From Klebsormidium nitens (taxonomy: Eukaryota > Plantae > Klebsormidiophyceae), in assembly GCA_000708835.1 (NCBI GenBank), contig DF237025.1, positions 1-64,000 on the forward strand: a stretch of DNA of 64,000 nt, given 5' to 3'. The translations under genes were made by a program, and so were the position numbers. Below are positions 22,799 through 34,624 of the stretch, in pieces; the stretch's first letter is position 1, and each line of letters opens with the position of its first letter. The notes under the pieces were generated by a model. It did no database searches and was not told the origin of the DNA. It saw only the letters and a list, made by a program, of their open reading frames with translations.

Positions 22799-25700
22799 AT
22801 GGGGACCCCTTTGGTGCAGCTGGGGTCCCCATCTGCTGAGCGCAGGAGCGCCTCAAAAGCTGCACAGAAGGCGGAGGCATACAGCCAGCTAGCGGAGAAG
22901 AGCCTCCGTGGCTCTTACAATGAGAAAGTTGCTGACATTCTCCAGAGCCACTCATACAATTTTGTGTTGTCTGACCCAACCCTGCCAGACAATCCAATCG
23001 TGTATGCCAGCCAGGGTTTTCTTAGCATGACGGGATACTCGAGGGAGGAGATTATTGGCCGCAACTGCAGGTTTCTCCAAGGGCCGGACACCGATCGACG
23101 CACCGTGCTGATGATTCGGGAAGCCTGTCGAGAAGAGAGGGCTGTGCAGGTGAGTGGCGTCCTGAGCTGCTGATAGGTCTTGAACCACAAATGGACGTTG
23201 TTTTGACCAGAAGAAGCTACCCTGCATTAGCTTGTCATTTACTTGTAGCCTACTTTGCGTTGTTAGAGCATTTTTGGGCAGCCACTTGAGGAGGGCTACA
23301 ACAAGACCTTATATCCGCTGACTGGAGCCTGATGTCAGTGAAAGGAAAGCTGCAAACTGGCGCCTCATGTTGCTCATCGTATTGGATGATTTGAACTGCG
23401 GATAAGCTTTCTCTTGGTGGTTTCATCTGTTTACCAGCCTCTCGTTCGTTCACTACTTTCCTTGAAAGGTTGCGGTTCTTGCTTATGGGATGTTTGTTTT
23501 TAAAGCTGTGACACAGCTCTCTTCCTTTGCAGGTAAGGTGCCACTTTTTCAGCCGCCTTCAGAAAGCTTTGTGTGACGTTCTTCAACCCTAGTTTTTGAG
23601 GGGTCAGTGTAGTTGTTTCAGGACTGAATACCTCTTTTCTGCTGGCAGGTGCGCATCTTGAACTACACCAAAGACGGCAAGCCCTTCTGGAACCTCTTCC
23701 ACATGGCGCCTATCTTCTGCAGCGAGACGGGCAAGGTGGTGCACTACATAGGTGAGTCGGCATGATGGCAGCATGATGTCAGCAAGGTCAGGGAGTGTGG
23801 TGTCAGTAATCTCATTTGTACTTTGAGTGCGTATGGCCGGCTTGGTTCCATAAGCACGCTGAGGCACATGCCTGTCAGCATGCATTGCCAGATTGTGACG
23901 TATGTCCTCTGCCGAGCTGCATTTTGCATGGAAGCTGCCGCAGTGTTTCTTTGTATGCAGCAACCTTAAGGAGGAGACACTGGTTAATAAGTCAGAGCAG
24001 AAATACCAGGCCAGGTGTAATTCGCCATGTGATGCAGTGAAGGAGTATAAAAAGGTTGAACGCAGTTTTTCTGTCAGGCGGTTTGATCATTTTAAGGGGT
24101 GCGTCAAACGTTTCTGCCTTCTGCTGTCGTGTGAGCTCCCTTCATGCTCCAGATAAGCAGGCTGCTCAGTGCATGATGAGTATTGACGACACTGAACACC
24201 TGAACAGGCTCTGCAAGCGTCCCTTCATCAGCCTTCAAGATGCTCGGTCTCCGCCAGTCTGCGACATTGACGAAGGTTTTGTACTTCATCCCGGGCGAAG
24301 GATTCTGAGCTAGAAAATCAGATCAACCGGACGGAGTAATATCGTTCGTTTCTTCGAAGCGAAACAATGCAATTTGGATCCCCGTCTCACGGACTGCGTT
24401 CTTTTTATTTGACTGAATCGGATGGATCGTGATTGGACCGCAATGGCGGTGACAGACCCATGCGAAGTTCTAGGCATCTGTCGAGCTGGGCAAACAAAAA
24501 AGCGGGGCGCGTTGTCATGAAAGACAAAATAACTCCAGCAAGGGTCTGATTCCTTAGAAAACCCCAAATCCTCTCCAGTGGCCTGGTCCAAAGTGGTCCA
24601 AAGCTTCAATACGATTGTTGGCGAGGGAACTCAAAAGGGAGAGCCGCTCTGTTGAGAGATCAAGAGCCGTCAAGCAAGCGCATAAATCCAAAACCAGGGC
24701 GTCCAAGGAAGTCGTAGAAAGGCGTTGGGATGTCCCAAACCGTCGCTCGTCCTTGCCCAAGCATCTCCATACAAAATCTTCTTAGTTCCAACAGTTAACC
24801 TGTCTGTCTCCCTTGCAGGTGTCCAAACGCCCATCAGTCAGTCCCTCGCGAAGTCCCCCGCATTCACTTCCTCCGGCGCTCCTTCTCCTGTCGGCAAACC
24901 GCCCCTGCCACCATCCCCAAGACCCGCCAATGGCCCTCCCACACCCCCACCTAGTACTGCGTCGCCACGACTAGGAAGCCCCGAACCTGAAACTACCGTA
25001 GAAGATACAGTACAGATTGCCGTCCCAATGGAGCTAATAGGGGGCTCCGCAGAGCCTGATTTGTCCCCCCCAGAAGACAGGGTTAAGGCGCTAACCGCAG
25101 TAAAGGCGGTGGTTGGGGATCTCAAGACGTGTGGGGAGGGGAAGGTGGAATTTGAGAAGGTGTCGCGGGGGGAGCCGTTGGACCCCAAGGCGGCGCGCGT
25201 GGTGTGCTCGTCGCTCGTGCTGACGCTGACCAAGATTCAGCAGAGCTTTGTGTTGTGAGTGGCAGTTTCTTCTTTGTAAGCGCCTTGCGCTGTCAAGTAT
25301 GTGGTAAACTCCGCACCTGGAGCTTCGGTCTCAAATTGTCTTCTGAGGAAAGACCTTTTGAAGCTCTTTCTTTCATCGAGAACGGAAGGTGTAGGGTATG
25401 GGGGACCTCAGTTCAATGTCAAGATCTTGAAGTGCGTGCATGGGTGTGTTCGAAAAGCATGGCCGATTCCATCGTTTTCACCTCTCTTTCTCCTTCCTTT
25501 CAGCTATGTCCATCCTCTGAACTTAGTAGCAGATGGAACAGTCGTTACAGGATGCAGTCTGCTTTCTTTTGGTATCTCCAGAATCAATAAAGCCGTACCT
25601 GAGGCCTGTGCTGAACAGTTTGGTGCGTGCTGTCTGTTGCAGGGCCAACCCTAACCTGGAGGACTGTCCAATAGTCCATGCAAGCGACGTGTTCCTTGAG

Positions 25701-27594
25701 CTTACAGGTAGATGCACAAAGTCCGTTCGCTTTTGGTTCTTGCTGCTTGTTTGATTAGTTGAGGGTGCCAGTATACGGTCTTCCAACAGTCCATTCCTTC
25801 CAATCGCAAGTCCTGGTCTTGGCCTTCAGTGTCCGACGAATGGTCCCCTCAGATGCGTTTCTCAGAATGCCGTTAGCTTCGCTTTCCTTTGCCTCCGTTA
25901 GCTTCCCTGCTGGTGCCCTGCCGCTCCTTCTAATGTCTCGTTCTGTACCAACCCAGCGTATTTCCTATTTTGCCAGATGCTATAAGAGGTCGCTCTCGTT
26001 GCTTCACAGTGGCCCATGTTTACTCGTAGACATGACAAGTTCAACAGTGCACATCTGCATTGAAGATTCTGGGTCAGCAAACGGCTAGTCTGATCCTGAA
26101 CGCCACCCCCTTTTGAACTCTTACAGGTTACCCCCGCGAGGAGGTTGTCGGGCGTAACTGCCGCTTCCTCCAGGGCCCCGAAACCGAACCGGAGTCGGTG
26201 CGCGAGATTCGGGAGGCAATTGCTGCGGACAAGCCGTGCACGGTGCGGCTGCTCAACTATCGGAAAGACGGGACGCCGTTCTGGAACAACCTGCACGTCT
26301 CGCCCATTCGCAACGCTTGTGGCAAGGTGGGTCCTATCTTCCCTGGTTCAAACAAAACAAAAACGCAGGTCAGATTGGAGCGCATACTTAACAGCACGCC
26401 CGTCAGCCTCCACGTGTATTTTCTTCAGGTTTTGCATTGAGCAGGGGTGTTGGTTGTTCCCGTGAATTGTTCCCTTGAGTGCATAGCGAAGAGGCTTATG
26501 TGAGGTCTCTTTTAGCGGTGTGGAGGTCTGTGGGTCCAGGGATGTCAACTCGACTTTTCTGTGAATGGAGCAGTGGGACGTAGTTTTTTGGTTTCTGGAT
26601 CCCATTAGAGGGCGGCGCTGATGTACCTGTATTGCTGACTGCATCCACGCATCCACGTTTTTTTCAAAGGTTGATATTGTGAGTTTAGACGTAGTTTTGT
26701 GTCCACATCTCGATTTGTTGCTCCATACTGATTCAGCGTCCTGTCTGGACGCTAAGTTTGGCCATCACCTTCTCTCCACTTCTTTCCCCTACTGTCTGCG
26801 GATTCAGGCGCAGCCTTACCTTTTGACGGGAGCCTCTGTGCATTTACAGCGTGCTTTATTCTTGACTGTGTACGCTTTTTGACTCTGTACGCTGCTTTTA
26901 TCTTGATTGGTTTTTCTCTGGTCTTTCTGGCTTGAAAGGGCAAGGACGAGCGACGGCCGGGGAGATTCCCATGCCTGTTCCGTGATTCGGACGCCCTGGT
27001 TCCGGAGTCATGGGCTTGCTTAACGGCTCGGTTCGCCACCAGAGCGGCTTTCTGCATTGGAATTGCTCGCCAACAGTCCCACTGAAAGCGAGTTACTCTG
27101 CACCAGGCCACTGAAGTTGTCTATGGAGATTAGACCCTTGCTGGGAATGTTTTATCTTCCATGACAAGCCCCCCACCTTTGGTTGCCCAGCTCGCCAGGT
27201 GTCTGGACTCTCTCATGGGTCCATCACCGCCGATGCGTGCCAATCACGATCCCTCCGAATTAGCGGAAGTCGAAGAACGAACTCCCTGAGAAGAAATCAA
27301 GCAGCTCAACTGCTTTATTCCTCTATAAACGAACGAATGGATCGGATCTCTCCTGTTGGGCTGAACTTACCCATTTATGACATGATGAGAGACAATTGTA
27401 AGTTGAGTCTTTGAAATTCGTACCCGCAGGTTGTTTACTACTGCGGGGTACAACTGGACGTGACGGCCGCAGACGGCATCAGCCCCCTCGACCGGGGCAT
27501 GAGCTCCCGGTTGAAGCAACTAGGCGCCGTGGGCGCAGTAAGGGTCGCTGTTAGAGCGCTCGACGGATCCGGTCTTCGGCGGAACATGTCGTAG
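22799..27594 (+). CDS. LLP: LOV/LOV (PAS/LOV) blue-light receptor protein LLP/PLP, 6 exons
   Basis: Exons 22799-23149, 23649-23751, 24819-25254, 25643-25707, 26127-26326, 27430-27594. Two LOV domains, each with [10 protein letters not shown]-terminal [17 protein letters not shown] typical of LLP. No kinase, F-box or bZIP domain. Confidence 0.9.
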
Positions 27595-28377
27595 AAAGTA
27601 GAGCTTGACGAAGGACGTATACGCGTCCAATAGATTTAGGCTGTCGCAACAGTTTTCAGCGGCCTTGAAGCAGCGCTGCATGCTGACGTCAATCTATGTA
27701 CCATGGTAAAAGAGAGGGGGGGGGTAAGGAGAGCTGTGTTCATTAGAGTCTGATTTTATTCAGGCAGAAGTACTTTCTGAGCTAGTATCATTACATTCTT
27801 CTTGAAGCACTGGCACGCCGAGTTGTTTAGCTAACAGGTCTTTGCTAAGCAGAGGTTTACATCACCACGTGCAGGTTAGCCTAGTAGGATCCCTCTTCTT
27901 GTCAAAGACAGTCGGTAACCGACCTTGACCATCGTGTTGTAATCACACCCATGTACTCTGTGATGCTGTTTGTTCTTTTTGTGCCATTACGTCCTGGCCT
28001 TGGATGAGCGATGAGCTATTCCTGGTTGGCCACCACCTATTGCAAGCATGTCTTTAACTGGAAAGCTGAGACCACCTTCAGTAAGACTTCTATCTGTGCT
28101 GCACGTAAGGTTGGCACTCTCAACTTGAGCCGGTCATGCAGCGGTACCTGTAGTGACATTAGATGGTCGACAGAGTCCGACGTGCCAGACAGTGGATATG
28201 CACGTATACGTTAGCGAGCAAGATCCGGTGGCTGGAGTGACTCAATCTCAAGTGATTGGCTTGTTGGCATCATCGCACGTTGTGCCATTGCCGTGGATCC
28301 AACGGTGGCGAGCTATTCATGAATTAGGGGTCCACTGCAAGTTAACTCAATCGACAATATGTGCAATTCGCACATGA

Positions 28378-28543
28378 GGCTGCCATGCATGCGGGCGCGC
28401 CAGCCCGGGCATGACCTTAGGGCATGGCAGCCATGACGGGTCCCGTGTGCATGGGCCACGTGCACATATATATGTGCACGCGTCATGTGTGCATCACGTG
28501 GGGCTGGCATGCATGCCCCGGCGCACACTGTGTGAGTATATAA
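28378..28543. promoter_or_regulatory. Palindrome / G-box / RY-motif cluster between convergent genes
   Basis: 11-bp inverted repeat 28378-28388/28422-28432, 22-bp perfect palindrome 28459-28480, CACGTG at 28457 and 28495, ggcatgcatgcc 28506-28517, tatataa 28537. Function not shown. Confidence 0.35.
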
Positions 28544-28997
28544 TGGTGTAGAGCTGCCAACCATGCCACACCAGCTGCATGCACCTGTGCAGATTGCTAG
28601 CTTGCAATTTATTCGATTTATATTCAATATGGATATATGTCGAAGTGCAAATCTGTCAAGAATGCAAGTAATTTTCTTGCATCCTAAGTTCTAGCTGTAA
28701 GATCCGATCCGGTCGCATTCCAATGAATGTCAAACACGTGCTCACAAATCTTGCGAACTCTCCACCACAAGACCAATGCAGTGGGTGCCTTCAGATGCTA
28801 GCGCTAAACAAGCTGCGCCGCCAATCAAGTCGTGCTTTGTCCACGATAAACACGAAAAAGCGATTCGATAGTGTCAACTTTGTACATACTCGCAGCAGGA
28901 AGGGTCCTGCTGATGATAGCCCACCTGAATTGCAACCCACCTAAAAGCGGGTCTGCAACTCCCGATTTCTGGTATAGAAACGATCACAACCCCTCTC

Positions 28998-31900
28998 TTA
29001 CTTCTTCAACCCGTCAAGAAAACCCAGAACTTTCGTCGCCACTTCTTGCGGAAACTCCTCGTGCGGCAGCAACGCCCCTGGAACGTCACCGTATTCGGCG
29101 ACGCCCTTGACTCCCTTGAGGGCGTCCATTTCGGCCTTGGATCGCTTGGGGCTCTGGATCGACTTCAACACGAAGAGCGGCACCTTGCTGTCCAGGCTCG
29201 CAATGTCGCTAAGCAACTCGTCCCGCGTCAGATACTGCACGAGAATTGAGACGGACTTAGCTACTGGTGAGCGCTTTTCAGGGGTCAAATTTTGCACGGG
29301 GTTAAGCCAGGGTCGGACGGAACGAAAAATCATCGTGGTCAAAGCTGCACCGGATCACAAAGTGCTAAGCCAGATCATTTCAGACGAACCCCTTTGCAGT
29401 GGAACGCGAGAACTGAGTTCACATCCGACCAGATTGTCTGTAAGCCGATTGAGGCGATGGAAGCAGCAGAAGATGATGACATGTCAAACGTAAGCCAACC
29501 GGTGTTGATCGACGTGCAAGTGGGCATCCGACAACAACGGAGCAATCTGGGGTTAGGTTCTTTTGAGATCTTGATTTAACCATGAGATGATATGCTCAAT
29601 GATAGAGAATCAAAGACGTTAGTCGACAAATCCTGCATGCCGATTGAAAGGGAAGGCTTAAGCTTCACTGACCGGGTCGAGATCGCCCGTGACAAACGCC
29701 GCTGGCGCAAAGCGCGCCCCCTCACGCTGCGTGAGCTCCGTCCGAATGTTAATGAGGTCGTCCGTAATATTGTCCTTGCTGGAGTAGACGTGCGTCCGGT
29801 ACTGGTTGCGGATGTTCTTAGGGCTGGACAGTACGAACTTGTACAGGGCCCAGCCGAGACCGGGGGACCGCAACACCGTCCGCAAAATGTTGTACCTGTA
29901 GGAGGTGTCCAAAATGTCAACACCTTTCAAAAAGGCAGTTGTCTTGGGGCTGGGCAGCACGAAATCGGGCAAAGCCCAACCGAAACCGGGGGAGCGGAGG
30001 ACCGTCCGCAGAATGTTGTACCTACACGAAGTGTCCGAAACGTCAGAACGGAAGTGCTGAGTACAGAGTCTCTTGGGAGTGGCGAAGAAGAATCTGTACA
30101 AGGCCCGGGTTCGGACAGAAGGGAGCGGAAGACCGTCCGCAGTTAGCCTGTTAGTGTTGTCCGCATTGTCCGCGGTGTCGAGAACTTTCAGCGTGCTAGT
30201 GTTTTGAAAGCTGGACAAGACCACATTTTAAGGCCGCGAAGAGGCCAGGGGAGCGCAGCATCGTCCGCAGAATGTTGTGACTATATGAAACGATTGGGAA
30301 TAATCAATGTGTCGATGGGAGGCCATAAAATGCTTATGAAGGTCCTTCTTGCGGAAGAGGACAGAGCTTTACGCGCCCAGCCTGAACCATGAAAGCCGGA
30401 CCGTGCAAAGACTGTTGTAGCTGAAAGAACTGTACGCAATTCACAAAATGAGCGACATCCAAGGCAGGTATAAAATTGTATAGGACTCGGAAAAGCGCAG
30501 GACAGCCGATGACTCCGTCCCTTATAAAGATAAGGTCAGGACCCTTGATTGTCACTCCCTTAGCAATGTCAATCATTCTGCAGAATGGCGGGGTTTCCCG
30601 GAATCAAAATCATAAGTCACACGAGCGACGGTGTGCCGAGCACCACACGGGGTGGGTATATCTAGACCGAGGCACGGAGTTGCTCCAGAACAGGAAATTC
30701 AACCTCTAGATTCCGAATGAATTAGTCACGCGCGTACCAGACTGAAGGTACTGATCAGCACAAGTTGACGAACTCGATACGGCACTAAAAATAACAGCAA
30801 AGCTACCTTCAAAGTCCCGTTGCATAGGATCACGTGAGTCGGTTCAGAATTAGCGACCATTTTGCTAAGGGCCCATCAAAGATTGGCTTAATTTACCGTA
30901 GCGACATTCCATTCGCACTAAGTTCATTGATTTTAGGCCGTTGCGAAGAGATCAAAGTTAACCTTCAGCCTTGGTGCGGAATTGCGAAATCGAAATGAAT
31001 TCAGATTAAGCCTGTAAACATGCAAAAACAGGCTTAAAACAGCCAGAAATTGGATCTTGCGACCAAAAACAAAAGCACCCCATCAGTCGGTGCGAAATGG
31101 GAAAACGTTCGAAATCAATAATTCGCACCAAGGTGGTGCGAACGGCAATGTCGCTACGGGCACTGCACCGAAACTGGGAAACTCGCTTCAGAATCTTTCA
31201 AGGTTTTGCGACAAACTTTTGAACAAGTCCCTCAACCAACGTGGCAGTAGGGCTTGAAAAAAGAGCGCATCGACCTGTCACCCCAACCGAACAAACAGGA
31301 TCAAAAGTGGACCAGGCCCCTGGAGCTTTAATAGACTGATCACTCTTTTCAAAACCAATGAAGGTGACGGAGTCGCTTGAGGCCAATGCTCAAACGGGAT
31401 CCATGACCAAATCTTCCTCCTCGGGGCTCAGCTGTACAAGTGTATCTCGCAAAATACAATTTTATAATCAAAATGTGATCCTGGCTTAGGTTCTGACGCT
31501 CTCATCAGAAACTTGGATGCTCACCTGTTCTGAACCTTGGGCTCCCGACCAAACACAATGGGCAGTGGTCCCGCCCATGTAGGCGCCACTGCGATTAGCG
31601 CCTTGGCAGAGAGCAGGCCCTGCTTGATGGCCTTGACAACTAGGGAGGGGGAGTGCCCTGCTCCAACGATGCTCACGGTCTGGCTCTTAGCGAGGGGGCC
31701 GTTGGAAGCGGATACGAAGTCACCGATGAACTTAACCTGGAGGCAAAAGGTCGGAACCATGATAATGTGTCACAGGGCAACTGTTCAGTCCTTGAATTAA
31801 TTAAAAGTGATCCAGAGCATACAGTCGCTCCTATTGCTGGGCTGGGCCGAGTGCCACGAATGATGACCGGATGTTACAATGAATTCAGAACGTTAGGTGG

Positions 31901-33387
31901 ACTGTTGGAACTTACCAGCTCCCTGGGACAAGTCCTGAACGTTCGGGGCTTTGTCAAACAACAGTTGGAAAGTGTGTGGGAGATTAAATCTTTGCTAAAA
32001 CTCCAGCCGTCCTCGCACACAACCAGAGTCCAGCCGGTTGCAGCCCCTTAGCAAGGCGGAGTGCATAAAAACTTCTGCCCAACCTTTCCCCACTGAAAAC
32101 AACTTCTTCTTCAACACCCAAATGAGGGTCAGACTTCTCCTGACCGACTTCGATAGATCACTCATTGTCAAGCCCAGAAGGCGGAGGCAAACAAGATACA
32201 AAAACTCATGCTGCTCTCACCAACAAGTCTGATGAGTACTCCATCTGTGGCCGCCCGGACAGCCCAAATCCCGGCCAATCGAGCGCCACCGCTCGCCTGC
32301 CAGAGCCCGCCACCGCCTCCGCGACCTTCCGGAACTCATCAGTCGTGCTGACATCAGACAGGGCGGGCAGGAAAAGGACGGCTTCTTCTGAATCGCTCGG
32401 GCCCCACTCCTCAATGTAAATGTTGAAGGGCTGGTTCTTGAAGGTCCAACTCCAACTTGAAACGCGCTTCTGCAGAAGCAGAGAAAATTCCGAACTCTTT
32501 AGAAACTTGCGGGCGGTGGCTTCCAGTTTTAAAAAGCGTTGGATTTCTGTTTTTGAAATATCTCATGAAGCGGCTGTCAGTGCATGTACAAACACAAGCT
32601 TTTCGCGGACAAAAGCTGAAACTAGTTGAAAGCTTGATATTGGTTAGTTTCGACAGCGGGGTGTGAGCAAATATAGCAGAAACTTATGACCGCTGATGGG
32701 GCGAAGGTGAGCAAAAGTGGTCGTAGATACAGTTTCAATAAAATCGAACTTGGCTGCCTGCAAGAGAAAACAACAGGACCAAGAGAGAGGTCCTCAGATA
32801 ACCCCTTCATGTTGATTACAACACAGATCTTGCATGCCCTGGTACAAAGATCTAACAGATGTAGCAGAATCTCATGGACAACACATAACAGTGACAAGGT
32901 GAGCGGGCGGACTTGAAAGCCAACCCAAATCAACCATGCAATATGAAGAACTCAGAGCCCAACTGTTTGAGAAATCAGGGAGTTTTTCTATCTCACAAAC
33001 ACAGATCACCATTCCTCCAACACTCGATTGCAAGGTAAAGCTGACCTCCATAGCCCCTTGCTCTGACCCCGCTGCCGGGGCCGCCACACTCGTCGCCTGC
33101 GCCGCCGTCGCCACACTTCTCTTAACCCTTGTCTGGTTATGCAAACCCCCAGCCACATTTACCCCCCACTCACTCACAGGCGATCGATGGCCGTCAAACG
33201 CCGTGCTGAAAACTGAAGCTGAGGTGCTAGGCTCTTCAAATCGATGAGTGGGCATTTGGGCGGCTGCCCTTGGGTTTGCGGGAAAGGCGCATAGTGGGGG
33301 CCGGGCCGCTCGAAAAGAGCGGGAAGCAAGGATCGCTTGGCACTGCCCAGAGAGGGCAGCCGAGGAGCGCAGCGCCGCACTCTGCAT
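28998..33387 (-). CDS. Alpha/beta-hydrolase fold protein with putative plastid transit peptide (At1g74640-like, from recall)
   Basis: Ser/Ala/Arg-rich N-terminus. Motifs FLPALSDVST, VALDWPGFGLSGRP, AVAPTWAGPLPIVFGR, RYNILRTVLRSPG, APAAFVTGDLDP, GALLPHEEFPQEVA. Five exons with GT-AG junctions. Confidence 0.85.
29818..30530 (-). repeat. Array of 5 progressively decayed copies of an acceptor plus exon start (~110-140 bp period)
   Basis: Live exon start at 29895. Copies start at 30021, 30147, 30280, 30420 and ~30530, each preceded by AG. The first copy matches 62/78 nt ungapped. Confidence 0.9.
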
Positions 33388-33869
33388 TGTGTCTTAAGCT
33401 GGTGGTGGTGCGCAACACAAAGACGCTAATGGGGTCAACTGCTCCTTGAGATGCTAAAATCCTAGGTAAAAGCGAAACAGGAATGCAACTTGCAAGCCCT
33501 CCAAGAATGTCTGCGAGGTTGGAAACTGTGGCTGCTTCAACAGCTTCCTGAACTTGAAGAGCAAATTGCAATGTGCCCTGAGTGTGTCTGGCGTGGGAGG
33601 CTTCGAGCCGTCCGATATGCTCAAAAAATATCCACGGTCTACGATGCACTTTCTGAAGTTTCCTGCGCGCGGCCGGCTGGATTGAAACTCCGGTCGGAAC
33701 CTCCGTTGAACCCTGCGCATGGCGCCGGCCGGTCGCGGCCGCTTTCAATCGCCGCCGCGTACGTCTCGGCGACCTGGTCAGAGTAGTGAATTGCGCCGCC
33801 TCGATTCGTCTGGGGGGTAACCGAAGCAGCAAAGCAGGCCGCTGCTCTGTGACATCTAAAGCTCATCTG

Positions 33870-34624
33870 ATGGATCCCAATTTCGCCTTCGGCGCCGCTT
33901 ACGGCATCTTTCTTGCAATAGCGGTGAGCCTTGTCGCCTTGTTGAACAAACATCCTTTCGAAGTTGCTCGTGAGTTCTGGAACTTTGAACTAAGTGCTTC
34001 TGGTACACGAGTCTAGCTTTCAGCCTCTGTTTTAGGAAAAATGCCATTCTGACCGGAATGCAGGAATGCACGTGAAGGTCTGACTGCCAATAAATCATAG
34101 GCACCACTATTCCTTCCATGGTTGCACCCCAACTCCAATCTTAGCGGTCAGTGTTCTCTTGTTCTAGAAATGTCAAGTTTGCAGCTTTGCATGATTCTTT
34201 GACTTGCCAGAGTTACTGCTAACGATCAACTAGTGAGTCCTGGCCATCATCCTTTGAAAGGTTTAACGCCCACAATGTCTTGGCACTTTGACTTACTGGC
34301 TTTCGCTTTATAGTGCAAGAAGTCTTACCAGCATTTCAACCGAGTCTAAGCTCAGGTGCAATAATCCTCGTCTATCAAAAGAATCTGATCACCGTGCGAT
34401 GATTTTCTCCTGGACTGGTTCCTCCTTTCTACTTCCAGGTGATGTCCGTCGCGCGATTCTTGGACGAAAGGATCAGCGTGGAGCAAGCAGTGACGAAACG
34501 CCTGAAGACTACGCAGGAACAGATGGAGAGGCTCGAAAAGGCTATCATGGACACTAAGCTCAGTCTTGCTCGGGTCGAGGGAAAAGTGGACGGGAAGCTC
34601 TCTTTGCTGCCCGTACCCAGCTAA
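33870..34624 (+). CDS. Small 79-aa protein: N-terminal hydrophobic helix plus coiled coil, 2 exons (33870-33923, 34439-34624)
   Basis: gcg|gtgagc donor and polypyrimidine-rich ttctacttccag acceptor, both phase 0. Product MDPNFAFGAAYGIFLAIAVMSVARFLDERISVEQAVTKRLKTTQEQMERLEKAIMDTKLSLARVEGKVDGKLSLLPVPS*. Confidence 0.6.

Noticed and set aside
29592-30146. Plus-strand 184-aa ORF with an apparent internal repeat
   Set aside because: Antisense shadow of the hydrolase exon and its in-frame echo.
29818-30530. Considered as a CRISPR array or introner-type mobile element
   Set aside because: Eukaryotic intron; the units are copies of the adjacent exon junction with no unique spacers, no terminal inverted repeats and no sharing between genes.
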